Source: a virus (lineage: Duplodnaviria > Caudoviricetes). Taken from it: a stretch of DNA of 62,828 nucleotides. Shown here piece by piece: positions 9,728 to 20,221 of this stretch (positions are counted from its first letter, which is position 1; every line of letters starts with the position of its first letter). The stretch covers positions 1 through 62,828 of the IMG/VR virus record IMGVR_UViG_3300003873_000011. The stretch is one strand, 5' to 3'. Made by a program: the position numbers and the translations under genes. The notes beneath the pieces were generated by a model. The model was not told the origin of the DNA, searched no databases, and saw nothing but the letters and a program-made list of their open reading frames with translations.

Positions 9728-11101
9728 ATGGCAACAGCTAAAGACCTCTTTAATGGAGGAAAATTTAACTCTACAGGTATTGACCAACAATATAATGATT
9801 TATTTTGGTCTAAAGGTGCAAAACGTGAAGCTATGCGTAAGCGTACATTTACACAACTTGGAGATAGATACACACAACCTAAACACTACGGTGATGAGAT
9901 TGTTAAAGAAAGACAACTACCTATTTGGCATGAATTGAACAGACTTGATGGTGGTATTGATGCTACTACAGCTGTTTTAGTATTGAATACATTTTATGCT
10001 TATGATGCTGCTGGTGTATTAATTGGTACATTTAATGCTAAAGATTATGCTACTATTGCTGGAGCAACTGCTACAGAGGCTGAACTTAGAGCTGGTGCTG
10101 CATTAGCAGAAGCTGCTGCTAAAACTGCTGCTGGTACAGGTGGTAAGGTACAAAATGGTGCTGGTTCATTATATATGGGTGACTCTGATATTTCTGTCAT
10201 TGCAGGTACTTTCCCTACACTTACTGAAGAGGGTGGTAATGTTAATGCTGTTAACACTAAATCAATTACTGTTCGTGGTAGAGTAACTGAATTTGGGCAC
10301 CACTTAAAGTTTACACAACGTTCAATTGATATGGACTCTCGTAAAAGTGTTCTTGCACAGAAATCTAAGGCTCTTGGTGAACTTAAGGGTGATATTTATG
10401 AGAAACAAATTGAGCTTGACTTAATCTCTGCTTCTGAGTTAAATAGAACTTTTGGTGGGGCACACTTATCTATGTCTACTTTAGACCAAACTGGTGAGCT
10501 TACTTACGAAGACCTTAGAGCTATGGAGCAAGAGCTTAAGAGATTGAGAGTACCTCGTGATACTAAGATTATTACTGGTACAAACAAGATTGGTACTACC
10601 CCTGTACCTAAAGCATTCTATGTGTTTGTTCCTGAAGAGCTTACTCCTAGTCTTGAAGATATGACTGACGCTTCTGGAAATAGAGTATGGGAAGATGTAT
10701 CTCTTTACTCTGCTGGTGGTCCGACTGCTGAAGATGAGATTGGTAGAATCGGTAGATTTAGATTTATTGAAGTAAATAGTATGCTTCGTTATAAGGCTGC
10801 TGGAGCTGTTGATACTGGTGTTGGTACTGGTAATGTTGCTGGTTACCATGCTTCTGTTCCTGCTGGTGGTGGTGCTGAACAGTTTGATGTTTTCCCTGTT
10901 TTATTTGTAGGGTCTGATTCATTTGCTACAGTTGGTTTTGAAGGTGACTCTTCTAGGATTAAAACTGCTATGCCTAAAGCTGATGCTCATAACGATCCAT
11001 TTGGTAAGAATGGTTCAATGAGTATTTCTTGGTACTATGGTTCTTTGATCTATAGACCTGAGAGAATTATGCAAATTGCTGTAACAGCTAAAATGGCTTA
11101 G
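9728..11101 (+). CDS. Major capsid protein (N4 gp56 family)
   Basis: FTQLGDRYTQPKHYGDEI, PTLTEEGGNVN, TKIITGT, EIGRIGRFRFIEV, FDVFPVLFVGSDSFATVGF, DPFGKNGSMSISWYYG...RPERI. Confidence 0.93.
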   Translation: MATAKDLFNGGKFNSTGIDQQYNDLFWSKGAKREAMRKRTFTQLGDRYTQPKHYGDEIVKERQLPIWHELNRLDGGIDATTAVLVLNTFYAYDAAGVLIGTFNAKDYATIAGATATEAELRAGAALAEAAAKTAAGTGGKVQNGAGSLYMGDSDISVIAGTFPTLTEEGGNVNAVNTKSITVRGRVTEFGHHLKFTQRSIDMDSRKSVLAQKSKALGELKGDIYEKQIELDLISASELNRTFGGAHLSMSTLDQTGELTYEDLRAMEQELKRLRVPRDTKIITGTNKIGTTPVPKAFYVFVPEELTPSLEDMTDASGNRVWEDVSLYSAGGPTAEDEIGRIGRFRFIEVNSMLRYKAAGAVDTGVGTGNVAGYHASVPAGGGAEQFDVFPVLFVGSDSFATVGFEGDSSRIKTAMPKADAHNDPFGKNGSMSISWYYGSLIYRPERIMQIAVTAKMA

Positions 11102-11106
11102 AGTAA

Positions 11107-11128
11107 TACCTACCTGAAATGGTAGGTA
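11107..11128 (+). terminator. Stem-loop after MCP (pause/stability element or weak terminator)
   Basis: TACCTACC-TGAAAT-GGTAGGTA, 8-bp stem, no U-tract. Confidence 0.4.
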
Positions 11129-11156
11129 CTGTAAAAATATAATTTAAAGGAATTAA

Positions 11157-11675
11157 GTGAGTAAAATATATGAAGATATGACTAATCAAGAACTCTCTGA
11201 GCTTGCTTCAACATATGGTTTAGATGTCCCTAGTAAAGGTTCTAAACCTACAAAAAGTGAGTTGTTAGAAGTATTAAATGCTTACAAAGCTAAACAAGAA
11301 TCCCCTAATAAACGTAAACCTCAAACAAGAGCTCAACTAGTTAAACTAGATGCTATGCGCAAAGAGAGAGTTAGTGTTAGAGATATGAGAGAGACTCAAA
11401 CTAAAGATGAGCTACACCCTATCGGTTGGGGAAATAAGTTAATTGGTAGACATACAGATATGGTTGATTTAAGTGGTGAACCCCAATACATCAGACGTGG
11501 TGCTATTCTTAACCTACAAGATGCATATACTGTTATTCACACACCTAAACCTGGTGGTGGTGTAAGCTCTCAGAGAGTTAAGAGATTTGTTGTAGTTCCA
11601 GTCGAACCATTAAGTAAGAAAGAACTAGATGCTCTAGCTAATGTACAAAAAATGCGTAATAGTAAGCAAGCATAA
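11157..11675 (+). CDS. N4 gp55-like protein
   Basis: N-terminal SAP/Rho-N-like helix pair; C-terminal EPLSKKELDALANVQ; directly after MCP; GTG start after AAGGA. Confidence 0.6.
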   Translation: MSKIYEDMTNQELSELASTYGLDVPSKGSKPTKSELLEVLNAYKAKQESPNKRKPQTRAQLVKLDAMRKERVSVRDMRETQTKDELHPIGWGNKLIGRHTDMVDLSGEPQYIRRGAILNLQDAYTVIHTPKPGGGVSSQRVKRFVVVPVEPLSKKELDALANVQKMRNSKQA

Positions 11676-11727
11676 CTATTATAGAGATTTCTAAGGAAAT
11701 CTTTGTTAATAATTATAAAGGATTATA

Positions 11728-12873
11728 ATGGCTATATCTATAGTAGATGATGTAACATGGGCTGGTTTAGTTGGTGATGCTACTTTAACTAATGGGGGTA
11801 GAATTGGTGATTTACTTACTATTGGTTTTGCTCATGTTGTCAGGGAACAGAGTAATGGCAGGTTAACACAAGCTGAAGCTGGTAAGATTTATACATCTCT
11901 TATCCCTCAGGCTTTTAATACTGCCTTAGCTTATGTTAATGATAGAGACAAGCTTGAGTTAGAGAGAATTATGACCCATGTTAGGGTTGAGAAAGAGTAT
12001 GGGTATGATGTATCTATAAATGCAACCGATGGTAGCCTAGTCCTTGGTTTAAATAATAATAACGGTAAAGTTGATTATGAGAAAGACGACATTCTCCAAA
12101 CTACTTCTGTTAAGGTTGCACAAGAAGCTGAAGTATACGCAGGTACTGTAAGAAATGATTCTAAACAAGCAGATAATGAACTAACTAGTGCTAAAGATAG
12201 AGATGTCAAAGAAAGAAGTATGTTAGTTGGTGAAGCTAAACAAGCAGATAATGAACTAACTAGTGCTAAGAGCAGGGAACAGACTGATAAACAGATTGAG
12301 GTCTTAGCTAGACAAATTGTAGGTTTTGATGATGATAAAAGACAGAGGGTCTTAACAACTTTACTTAACTTCTCTAGTATTGTTGGGCAAGATCATAAAG
12401 TACCTATACTACCTAATATTATTGCTACAGACCAAGGTGTTGATGAGTTGGTTAGATTGGCTATTAGAGATAACTCCGTACCTTATAACTCTACTCCTGT
12501 TGCTGCTAATATTACAGTGTATGAGATTGATGGTGGTGGTCTTGTAAAAGCTGGTACAGACTATACATTTAATATAGCCAATTCCTTCGATTTAGATAAT
12601 AAGTTGGATTTTGCTAATTTTCGTTTTTTAAATTCTAGTGGCTCTCCTATAACCGATGGTTTTGGTAATTTTTTACAAGCTATTAAAGGTTTCGACTCCA
12701 ATAATATCGTTAGCGGTGATTGGTCTTATAATAGTGTTACTAGATTAGTGACGTATACTAGTTCAACTAACTTACCACCACAAGCTATCTTATACTCTAT
12801 TAGTGATAGTGCCTTTAAAGAGTCTTACGCAGCTCAGCTGTCATTTGATTTAATCACTAATAAACCTGTCTAG
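11728..12873 (+). CDS. N4 gp54-like virion (tail) protein with Ig-like C-terminal extension
   Basis: HVVREQSNGRLTQAEAGKIY and QIVGFDDDKRQR motifs; synteny. Confidence 0.55.
   Translation: MAISIVDDVTWAGLVGDATLTNGGRIGDLLTIGFAHVVREQSNGRLTQAEAGKIYTSLIPQAFNTALAYVNDRDKLELERIMTHVRVEKEYGYDVSINATDGSLVLGLNNNNGKVDYEKDDILQTTSVKVAQEAEVYAGTVRNDSKQADNELTSAKDRDVKERSMLVGEAKQADNELTSAKSREQTDKQIEVLARQIVGFDDDKRQRVLTTLLNFSSIVGQDHKVPILPNIIATDQGVDELVRLAIRDNSVPYNSTPVAANITVYEIDGGGLVKAGTDYTFNIANSFDLDNKLDFANFRFLNSSGSPITDGFGNFLQAIKGFDSNNIVSGDWSYNSVTRLVTYTSSTNLPPQAILYSISDSAFKESYAAQLSFDLITNKPV
12161..12269 (+). repeat. Perfect 34-bp direct repeat within gp54-like gene (75-bp period)
   Basis: CTAAACAAGCAGATAATGAACTAACTAGTGCTAA at 12161-12194 and 12236-12269 (KQADNELTSAK twice). 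Confidence 0.9.
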
Positions 12874-12885
12874 GTAAGTTTAAGT

Positions 12886-13248
12886 ATGATTACTGTTTTA
12901 CAAGATTCTTCGTTTGTATTAAATATTGACGTACCTAAAGGTACTTACCCCATCCTTAACTCAGGTGAGTTTGCTTTAGAGATTGTATTCCCAGATAGAA
13001 CTAAAAAGTTGTTAGTTGACCAAGATGTTAATTTTTTTGTTGAGATTGCTAATACGGATTTAGTTGACGGCAAATTCTCTTTTCTGGTCAGTGGTGCATA
13101 CACATCTACTATAGGTTTCCATCGTATTAACATCCTCAGCGACTCTGGTTCGTATGTATTAGATAGGACTAGTCGTAATTTTACCCATTTAGGTACTCTT
13201 CTTTATAAAGTCATATTTCTTGATACTAACGGTTCAGTTAGGGTTTAA
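12886..13248 (+). CDS. Hypothetical beta-rich virion protein
   Basis: 120-aa ORF tightly packed in the structural operon. Confidence 0.6.
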   Translation: MITVLQDSSFVLNIDVPKGTYPILNSGEFALEIVFPDRTKKLLVDQDVNFFVEIANTDLVDGKFSFLVSGAYTSTIGFHRINILSDSGSYVLDRTSRNFTHLGTLLYKVIFLDTNGSVRV

Positions 13249-13250
13249 TT

Positions 13251-14903
13251 GTGGGTCTTTTTAGTGGTAGTACTAAAACCTTTTCTTCTATAGCTACGTT
13301 TACTCTTCTTGAAAAAAACATATATGACAAGCAGTCAAGAAAATCTAGTTTGTACTCATCTAATGGTGATATGGGTCTGTATATACAAACCTATACATCC
13401 CAAAGAAGGAACTACAGAAAACATTATTCTAAAAAGAAGCTTGATAGATTAGGGTTTTCTCCTAGTTCTGATGGTGTAGCTAAAGTACTCAATACTACTT
13501 TAGCTCTTGACTTTATTGTTTCTTCTGATAACACTGCTACAACATTTATTAGTTATTCTTTTGATGTTGACTATTACCTATTTACTTATTTAGATAAGGT
13601 TGGTGCCACCAAAACTTTGACTGGTAATATTAATGCCTTACCTAACTCTTTGTTCACTATAAGTAATTTACCTTTTTCTGCTATTGTACCTCTTAAAGAG
13701 GACAATGTAATAAAAGAGAAAGGCACTAATCTTAAAAGAATGCTTAAATTACTTGGTTTAGAGTATGGTAGCTTACTTACTACTTTGAATAATGGAGATA
13801 TTGATAATGCTTACTTGACATATGCTGTTCCTTTGAATACTACCAACCAACCTTCTTTAAAATTACTTTATCATATTTTTAGCACTATAGTTCTTGATGC
13901 TGATGGTTTAGATATTAGCTTTGGTAACATATCTTGGAAGTACTTGTTCAATGTGAGTAAAGCTACTATTACAGGTTCTATCGGTACTGTAGGTACATAT
14001 GCTTCTGAATTAGTAACAGGTACACCTACCACCACTGGGTTAATTGTATCTTCACCTATGTCTCTTAAGTTAAAATACCAAGTAACTGCTACAACTGTTG
14101 AGATTTTAACTATTAGTGATTACAGTTTATCTATTACTGTAGGTAGTCAGACTAATAACTATGACTTAACTACTGTGCCAGACTCAAATAATGGTGGTAG
14201 TTACAATAATAGATTCCTTATACCTTTAGATTATTTACAATCTTTAAGATATAAGGAATTTATTGTTGTACATGAAGAATCTTTAGTTATGGTTGCCTTT
14301 TCTGTTACTTCAGCAAAAGTTGCTTGGTATCAAAGTGGTTGGTTTAGTTTTTTAATATATGTAGCAGCTATAGCTCTACAAGTGGCTACAGGTGTACCTG
14401 TTATTAGTGCAGTGGTTTCTACGTTGACTTCTGTTGTTATATCTGAGGTAACCACGTATGTTGGTAATTCTTTAGGTCTTTCTGATTGGATGGTTAGTCT
14501 TTTAACAGTAGCCTCTTCTGTTACTTCTGGTAATTATACTAAGTTATTAGATGATCCCCACATGTACTACAAAATGTTAGATTTAGGTTCTAAATTAACT
14601 AATGTTTATACACAGTATAAAATGGAGGAGTTAGCTAATGATAAAAAATCATTTGATATAGACTTAGCTGAGTACCAAAAAAAGTTAGCTGCTTTACAAG
14701 AGGAATGGACAAATACTACTGGTGTAGGCTACTATCCTAAAATGGATATAGATTTAGATTATGCTAATAAACCTTTACCTAACAGTGGAAGTGCTAGACA
14801 GATGGTGTATAATATGGTTGGCTCTAAGTTTGATGAAATTCCTAGGTTATATAATATATCTGATGTATATAAGCAGAAAACCTCAATACACAGTGGAATA
14901 TGA
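13251..14903 (+). CDS. N4 gp53-like virion protein
   Basis: MGLFSG start, DIDNAYLTYAVPLN, FLIPL, and WYQSGWF followed by a hydrophobic segment. Confidence 0.7.
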   Translation: MGLFSGSTKTFSSIATFTLLEKNIYDKQSRKSSLYSSNGDMGLYIQTYTSQRRNYRKHYSKKKLDRLGFSPSSDGVAKVLNTTLALDFIVSSDNTATTFISYSFDVDYYLFTYLDKVGATKTLTGNINALPNSLFTISNLPFSAIVPLKEDNVIKEKGTNLKRMLKLLGLEYGSLLTTLNNGDIDNAYLTYAVPLNTTNQPSLKLLYHIFSTIVLDADGLDISFGNISWKYLFNVSKATITGSIGTVGTYASELVTGTPTTTGLIVSSPMSLKLKYQVTATTVEILTISDYSLSITVGSQTNNYDLTTVPDSNNGGSYNNRFLIPLDYLQSLRYKEFIVVHEESLVMVAFSVTSAKVAWYQSGWFSFLIYVAAIALQVATGVPVISAVVSTLTSVVISEVTTYVGNSLGLSDWMVSLLTVASSVTSGNYTKLLDDPHMYYKMLDLGSKLTNVYTQYKMEELANDKKSFDIDLAEYQKKLAALQEEWTNTTGVGYYPKMDIDLDYANKPLPNSGSARQMVYNMVGSKFDEIPRLYNISDVYKQKTSIHSGI

Positions 14904-14909
14904 TATAAT
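14901..14909 (+). promoter_or_regulatory. Extended -10 promoter upstream of ejection-protein genes
   Basis: TGATATAAT about 30 nt upstream of ATG 14938. Confidence 0.5.
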
Positions 14910-14937
14910 ACAGAAATAATAATATAAGGAATTTAAT

Positions 14938-15519
14938 ATGGGTGGAAATATCAATGTACCAGCTTCAAGTAATGTTGTTGGCATACCTACAAATGATGTA
15001 AGTGGTTTAGGTTCTAGTAGTACAAGTAGTTGGCTGGACCCATTAAGTAACATTTTTGGTAATAAGAATATTATTGGTGGTCAAGAGCATGGTACAACAT
15101 ACCTAGATCCTACTACTGGTCAATTAATGATAAGTGCTTTTGGTCCAGATAAGTTAGCTCCTCAATCAGCTTATAAACCTTGGAACGCTAATCCAGCAAA
15201 CGCTAATAGCAAAGTTACATTCGATCCTTATGCTAAACAACCTGTCTTAGGTGGTTATGGGGATATGCTTCAATTAGGACTAGCTGGTCTTGGTGAGTGG
15301 ACTAATTATGGTATGTATCAAGAAGCTAAGAGGAATAATGCTTTTAACAAAGATCTAAAATCCTATCAGGTAAATGCAAGTACACAAGCTTATAATGATA
15401 ACATTGATAGTTATAATAAAAAACAAGGTTCATTAGCTGCTAAAAAGGCTATGTACTCTGCTCCAGGTACTGTACCTAAATATAAAAAACGTGCTAAATT
15501 GGAGGCATTTAATGCCTAA
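14938..15519 (+). CDS. Ejection protein (N4 gp52-like)
   Basis: Gly-rich hydrophobic LQLGLAGLG, then NYGMYQEAKRNNAFNK helix; no Cys; synteny. Confidence 0.6.
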   Translation: MGGNINVPASSNVVGIPTNDVSGLGSSSTSSWLDPLSNIFGNKNIIGGQEHGTTYLDPTTGQLMISAFGPDKLAPQSAYKPWNANPANANSKVTFDPYAKQPVLGGYGDMLQLGLAGLGEWTNYGMYQEAKRNNAFNKDLKSYQVNASTQAYNDNIDSYNKKQGSLAAKKAMYSAPGTVPKYKKRAKLEAFNA

Positions 15520-16867
15520 TTATGGTAATGGTCTATCCCAAGCGTTACAGGGAGTAATTGGAGTTGGTGGTGTACCTGTAGGGAATAGTTATAAGGGTAG
15601 CTCTAGCTTCTCAAATTATTTTAGTGCAATAGATAAAGCTCAGGCTCGTAAAGACGAGGCAATAGCTCGTAAACAAGCTGCTGATACTTTAGCTGCTAGA
15701 GATAGGGAATCTAAAAGACGTTATGATGAGAAGTTGATTAGACAAGACGATATTGTAGCTGCTAATGCTTCAGTTGGCGATTTAAATATAGCTCGTAATG
15801 TTACTGAGGCAGTTCCTCAACCAGCTATATATGCTTTAGATGATGCTATTGCCAAAGCTAAAGCTAATGGTACTCCTATGAAGTTAGGTGGGGGATTAAC
15901 CAGTATATCTAAAGATGTTACTACACCAGAACAATCTGAGTTTTTAGCTATGTATAATGGTATTAAAGGCTCTACTACTATGTCAGATGCTGAAAAGAGA
16001 GTAGCATTGAGAGAGGTAGGGGCTATACAGCAAGCTAGATTAGAGCAAGGTACTGATAACCCTACTAGTATAAAACCTTTAAAAGATGCTAGTAAACTTA
16101 GATGGCTAGATCATTATACTAATACTTTAGGTAATTCTGCTAATGAGAGTATTGTCAAGGCAGTAGGTGGTATTAAGAATTTCTTGGGTATTTCGTCTCC
16201 TGATGAAAGTGATACTAGACTTATCGCAATGGAGAAAGCTTCTAGTGATTACCAAAACAGTATAAAAGATAGTAACTTAACTCCTTTAGAACAAGTAGAT
16301 AAAATGGCTAAGGATGAACAGTTTAGATTAACTAATGCAAATAAAACTAGACTTAAAGTTACCGAGGACATTAAAGCTAAGAGTATTAAAGATGTTAATT
16401 CTGACCCTGGAATTATTAAGACTAAAGCTTTAATTGAAAAGATTGTAGCTAATTCCTCTAAAACTACTAAAAAAGAACGCAGAATAACTCCTGATGAATT
16501 TAGGAAATCTATCAGTGATGCTAGAAAAGAATTTAAAGCTAGTTTATCAGATAAGCTTACTGCTAGACAGAAAAACCTCAGGATTGCTAAGTTTAACGAA
16601 GTTGCTAGTGCAGAGCAGAAAGCGTTTAATCTTGAACAATCTAATATTGATAAGTATAAAAGAGAAGTAGCTAAGCTAGTATCTGAACAGAAATTTAAGA
16701 TATATGAAGATGACTTTAATAATGTTGCTAAGACAAAGCTAGCAGTACTAAACAATATTGCTAAGAAGGCTATACAAGATAGCAAAAACAAGTTAAAAAA
16801 GAAGGTGGATGCTTCCACTATTATTAAAAATAAGGCTCAGGCTAAAAAGTTCAATAGGGGTGATTAA
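15512..16867 (+). CDS. Ejection protein (N4 gp51 position)
   Basis: Helical, Ala/Lys-rich, no Cys; likely start 15512 after GGAGG; lies between gp52-like gene and vRNAP block. Confidence 0.55.
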   Translation: MPNYGNGLSQALQGVIGVGGVPVGNSYKGSSSFSNYFSAIDKAQARKDEAIARKQAADTLAARDRESKRRYDEKLIRQDDIVAANASVGDLNIARNVTEAVPQPAIYALDDAIAKAKANGTPMKLGGGLTSISKDVTTPEQSEFLAMYNGIKGSTTMSDAEKRVALREVGAIQQARLEQGTDNPTSIKPLKDASKLRWLDHYTNTLGNSANESIVKAVGGIKNFLGISSPDESDTRLIAMEKASSDYQNSIKDSNLTPLEQVDKMAKDEQFRLTNANKTRLKVTEDIKAKSIKDVNSDPGIIKTKALIEKIVANSSKTTKKERRITPDEFRKSISDARKEFKASLSDKLTARQKNLRIAKFNEVASAEQKAFNLEQSNIDKYKREVAKLVSEQKFKIYEDDFNNVAKTKLAVLNNIAKKAIQDSKNKLKKKVDASTIIKNKAQAKKFNRGD

Positions 16868-19800
16868 TGGGTGATAACTATGGGTTCAAGGATTGGGGTT
16901 CAGAGCCTCTTCCTATAGATACTACTGACTACGAAGCAGAAGCTAAAGCTGAGAGAGATAGAGAACTAAGACGTAAAGAAGCTGAACGTACTGGTGAATT
17001 ACTATATGAAGCTGATGGTACTTTAATACACGATAGTAATGCTATGATTAGAGCTAAAGAAGTTGTGAATGCTGCCAGCAGAGGTGCTGATTGGCTATTA
17101 GAAGCTTCTACTAATATTGCTGATTTTGGTCAAGGAAAGTGGTTAGATAATGCTCAGTTCGATGCTGAGAATAATGGTAAGCGATATTCCATGTCCAATA
17201 AAGACTTTATCAGTGCTAGAAACACTTCTACTAAAGACCTTATAAAACAATATAAAGATGCTGTTAATGACCCTAATGCTGGTGGTACTGTCTATACTTT
17301 AAAGAAGTTTGATGGTTATAATGAGGATGGTACAGAGAAGTTTCTTTATAAATATGGTTTTGCTAAAGTTGGAGCTGACCAAAGATATAACTTTGGTGGT
17401 ACCCCTCAAGATATACAAGACGGTTACGAGATTGTTGAAGAAAAGCGATTTACAGGAGCTGAAGATTGGGAGAAGACTTGGAATGCTAATCAAGATGTAC
17501 TAAATGCTAGAGCTATAGATTATGGGGGTACACCTGAGGGTGTATCAAGAGATAAGGCTTCTGGTGTTAATTTTGGTGATGGTTATACTGAACTACTCAC
17601 TAAAGACTTACTAGGTAATGATGTAGGTAAAACTCAAGAAGACTATGACAGGAATAGAGAATATAGTAAAAGACTTACTGCTGCTGCTAATGCTAGGTAT
17701 AAAGCTGGTTTATCTGATAGTGTTGTTGATGCTTTTCAATCTGGTGCTGCAAGTCTAATAGTTGACACTGCTGATTTTGTTCTTGATGTATTTACTCCTG
17801 GCGATAATACTATGCTTAATGATATCAAGAAGAAAGAAAATATAGATAAGTGGGTTGGTTATGATAGAACTAAATCTACTCAAGTACTAACTGATGCAGC
17901 AACTAATTGGAAGAATGGTAACTACTTTGATGCTATAACTGGTGTATTAACTGATCCTAATACTATGGCTGAGTCTTTACCTATGATGATCGGTATGTCC
18001 GTAGGTACTGGTAAGTTTACTGCTGCATCTAAGTTACTTAGTGCTGTTGAGAGAGCTAAAAAAACTGGTACTTCAGTTGAGCATATTGCTAAGTTGGAGA
18101 ATAGAGCTAGAAAGCTTATGACAGCTAAAGAGATTGGCAGATACGAAAAGTACCAAAATAGTAGTGCTTTACTTAAGACTTTAGATCACTTCTCTCGCAA
18201 ATCTGGTTATTATACTACTGTTGGCACTATGACTAATAATGTATTAGATGACAGAATAGCTGCTAAGTTAAAAGCTGGTGAAGACCCTAAGGTAGATATG
18301 TTTGAAGTTGCTAGTGTTTATGCTACTCAGTTAATACTTCTTTCTATTGATAAGATGTCATTCTCTAAAGCTACAGGTATTGGTGAGGGAGCTGGTGCTC
18401 TTAAGAAAGCTTTTAAAAGTTTAACTAAAGCAGAACAAAAACCTATTATATCTAAGTTGGTTAATAAGGCTACATCTATTGCTGAAGCTGGTGCTACTGA
18501 AGGTGTTCAAGAGTATATTCAGACTTGGGGTGAAATCTTAGGTGCTAACTTAGGTGTAGGTAATAAAACTATGTCCGATGTACTTGGTAATGAAGCTAAC
18601 CAGAAAGAAGCTCTTATGGGAGGTTTAGGTGGTATTGGTGCAGGAGCTCAGACTAGAGCTGTTACTGATATTCCTAGTACTGTTAAAGATGTTAATCAAG
18701 CTATTGCTGATAAAACTTATACTACTTTATCTAATAATGACTTAGAGTTCTCTTCTCATAATAATGATCTCCAAATTGCCGATTTAAAGGCTTTAAACGA
18801 TGAAGCTATGGATCGTATCAAAACTCTTAATAAAGAGGTTAAATTAGCTCCTGACCCTACTAAAACAGAAGAGATACAAAAGTTAATTGCTAGTCGTAAA
18901 ACTAATCTTGAGTCTATTAGGCAAATGGAGCTTACTCAAGAAAAAACTAAAGTTAAAAGTAAAGTTAATTCTGATGAGGAAGTAGATCTTGGTACTGATA
19001 AAGTTAAAGGTATAGCTGATACTACTAATGTACCTATACTCAAAGATATCTCTCAAGGTATGAATAACAAAAAAGTACTTAAAGAGTTTGAGAAGTACTC
19101 TACTGAGAAGTTGAGAAATGCAGTTACTAAGTTAAAATCTAAAGAACCTAGTGAAACTACTACAAAGACTTTAGCTATGTTAAACAAGGTTATCACTAGT
19201 AGAGAGAAAGGTGAATCTAAAGTATTTACTAAGAATTCTGTTGTCAATGATATATCTAAACTTGACTCTCTTACTGGTAAAGATAAGATTACAAAATTAA
19301 GTAGTATTCTATCAAATAATACAAAATTACCAGACCAAGAGACATTTGACAAGTTAAAGTCAATTATTAATGATGTTGATAACGTACAGTTAACTGATAA
19401 AGCTAGAACTATGTACAATAAAAGATTAGATACTATTAAAAGTTTAGGTTTTGGTGTAGATGATGTTGTTGAACCTGAACTTAAAGAAGAGCCTACTGAG
19501 TCTGAGATTAAAGATCCTACTCAGTACTCTGACGATGAGGTCATTAATCCTACTGTAAAAATCGTTAAAGATATTATTAAATCTTCAGCTGGTAGAGAGA
19601 AGACTGATCAGGAGAGGCAAATAATTTCTAACTCTATGATTAAGGGTAAAGACCAAACTGAGAGTGTTCACGATATTGCTAATAGTGAACTTCGAGATGA
19701 GATTAAAGAATCTGAGGTGGTTGTAGATACGCATCTTAATGAGGGTGCTATAACTAGCTTAAATAAGAAACTTAAAGAGTTGGAAGCTAAACCTAAAAGT

Positions 19801-20220
19801 GACTCTTTAGATTCTGAGATTAAAAAAGTTAAAGATCAGATTAGTGCTGAAGAGAGCAATACTATAAAGTACAGCAGTAATAACCTCAATAATCCTAGTG
19901 TAGAGTTGGTTAAAGCTATTCTTAGACGTAAAGCTGAAGGTAATACACTAACACAAAACCAAGAGTTTGTATTAGCTTCTGCTAGCAAGTCTGGTAACCT
20001 TAAAAAAGCTAAAGACCAGTTGTTAAAGTCTAACAGTAAAGCAGCTAAAGCGTATGTTAAGGGTTTACAGGGTATTGTAAGACATAGTGAAGCTAGCTCA
20101 GATGAAGATGTTTCTACTATAATACGTGACACATTACTAGATACTTTATCTTCTACTAACGAAGATTTAACAAAGAAGTCTACAGAAGAGTTAGTTATAT
20201 TATTAGGAGAAGGTTGTTAA
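16867..20220 (+). CDS. Split virion RNAP block, part 1 (N-terminal/membrane-interacting region, GIY-YIG-like domain)
   Basis: EAGATEGVQEYIQ...ALMGGLGGIGAG motif of large ejected proteins; the only Cys is the last residue. Confidence 0.65.
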   Translation: MGDNYGFKDWGSEPLPIDTTDYEAEAKAERDRELRRKEAERTGELLYEADGTLIHDSNAMIRAKEVVNAASRGADWLLEASTNIADFGQGKWLDNAQFDAENNGKRYSMSNKDFISARNTSTKDLIKQYKDAVNDPNAGGTVYTLKKFDGYNEDGTEKFLYKYGFAKVGADQRYNFGGTPQDIQDGYEIVEEKRFTGAEDWEKTWNANQDVLNARAIDYGGTPEGVSRDKASGVNFGDGYTELLTKDLLGNDVGKTQEDYDRNREYSKRLTAAANARYKAGLSDSVVDAFQSGAASLIVDTADFVLDVFTPGDNTMLNDIKKKENIDKWVGYDRTKSTQVLTDAATNWKNGNYFDAITGVLTDPNTMAESLPMMIGMSVGTGKFTAASKLLSAVERAKKTGTSVEHIAKLENRARKLMTAKEIGRYEKYQNSSALLKTLDHFSRKSGYYTTVGTMTNNVLDDRIAAKLKAGEDPKVDMFEVASVYATQLILLSIDKMSFSKATGIGEGAGALKKAFKSLTKAEQKPIISKLVNKATSIAEAGATEGVQEYIQTWGEILGANLGVGNKTMSDVLGNEANQKEALMGGLGGIGAGAQTRAVTDIPSTVKDVNQAIADKTYTTLSNNDLEFSSHNNDLQIADLKALNDEAMDRIKTLNKEVKLAPDPTKTEEIQKLIASRKTNLESIRQMELTQEKTKVKSKVNSDEEVDLGTDKVKGIADTTNVPILKDISQGMNNKKVLKEFEKYSTEKLRNAVTKLKSKEPSETTTKTLAMLNKVITSREKGESKVFTKNSVVNDISKLDSLTGKDKITKLSSILSNNTKLPDQETFDKLKSIINDVDNVQLTDKARTMYNKRLDTIKSLGFGVDDVVEPELKEEPTESEIKDPTQYSDDEVINPTVKIVKDIIKSSAGREKTDQERQIISNSMIKGKDQTESVHDIANSELRDEIKESEVVVDTHLNEGAITSLNKKLKELEAKPKSDSLDSEIKKVKDQISAEESNTIKYSSNNLNNPSVELVKAILRRKAEGNTLTQNQEFVLASASKSGNLKKAKDQLLKSNSKAAKAYVKGLQGIVRHSEASSDEDVSTIIRDTLLDTLSSTNEDLTKKSTEELVILLGEGC

Positions 20221-20221
20221 T

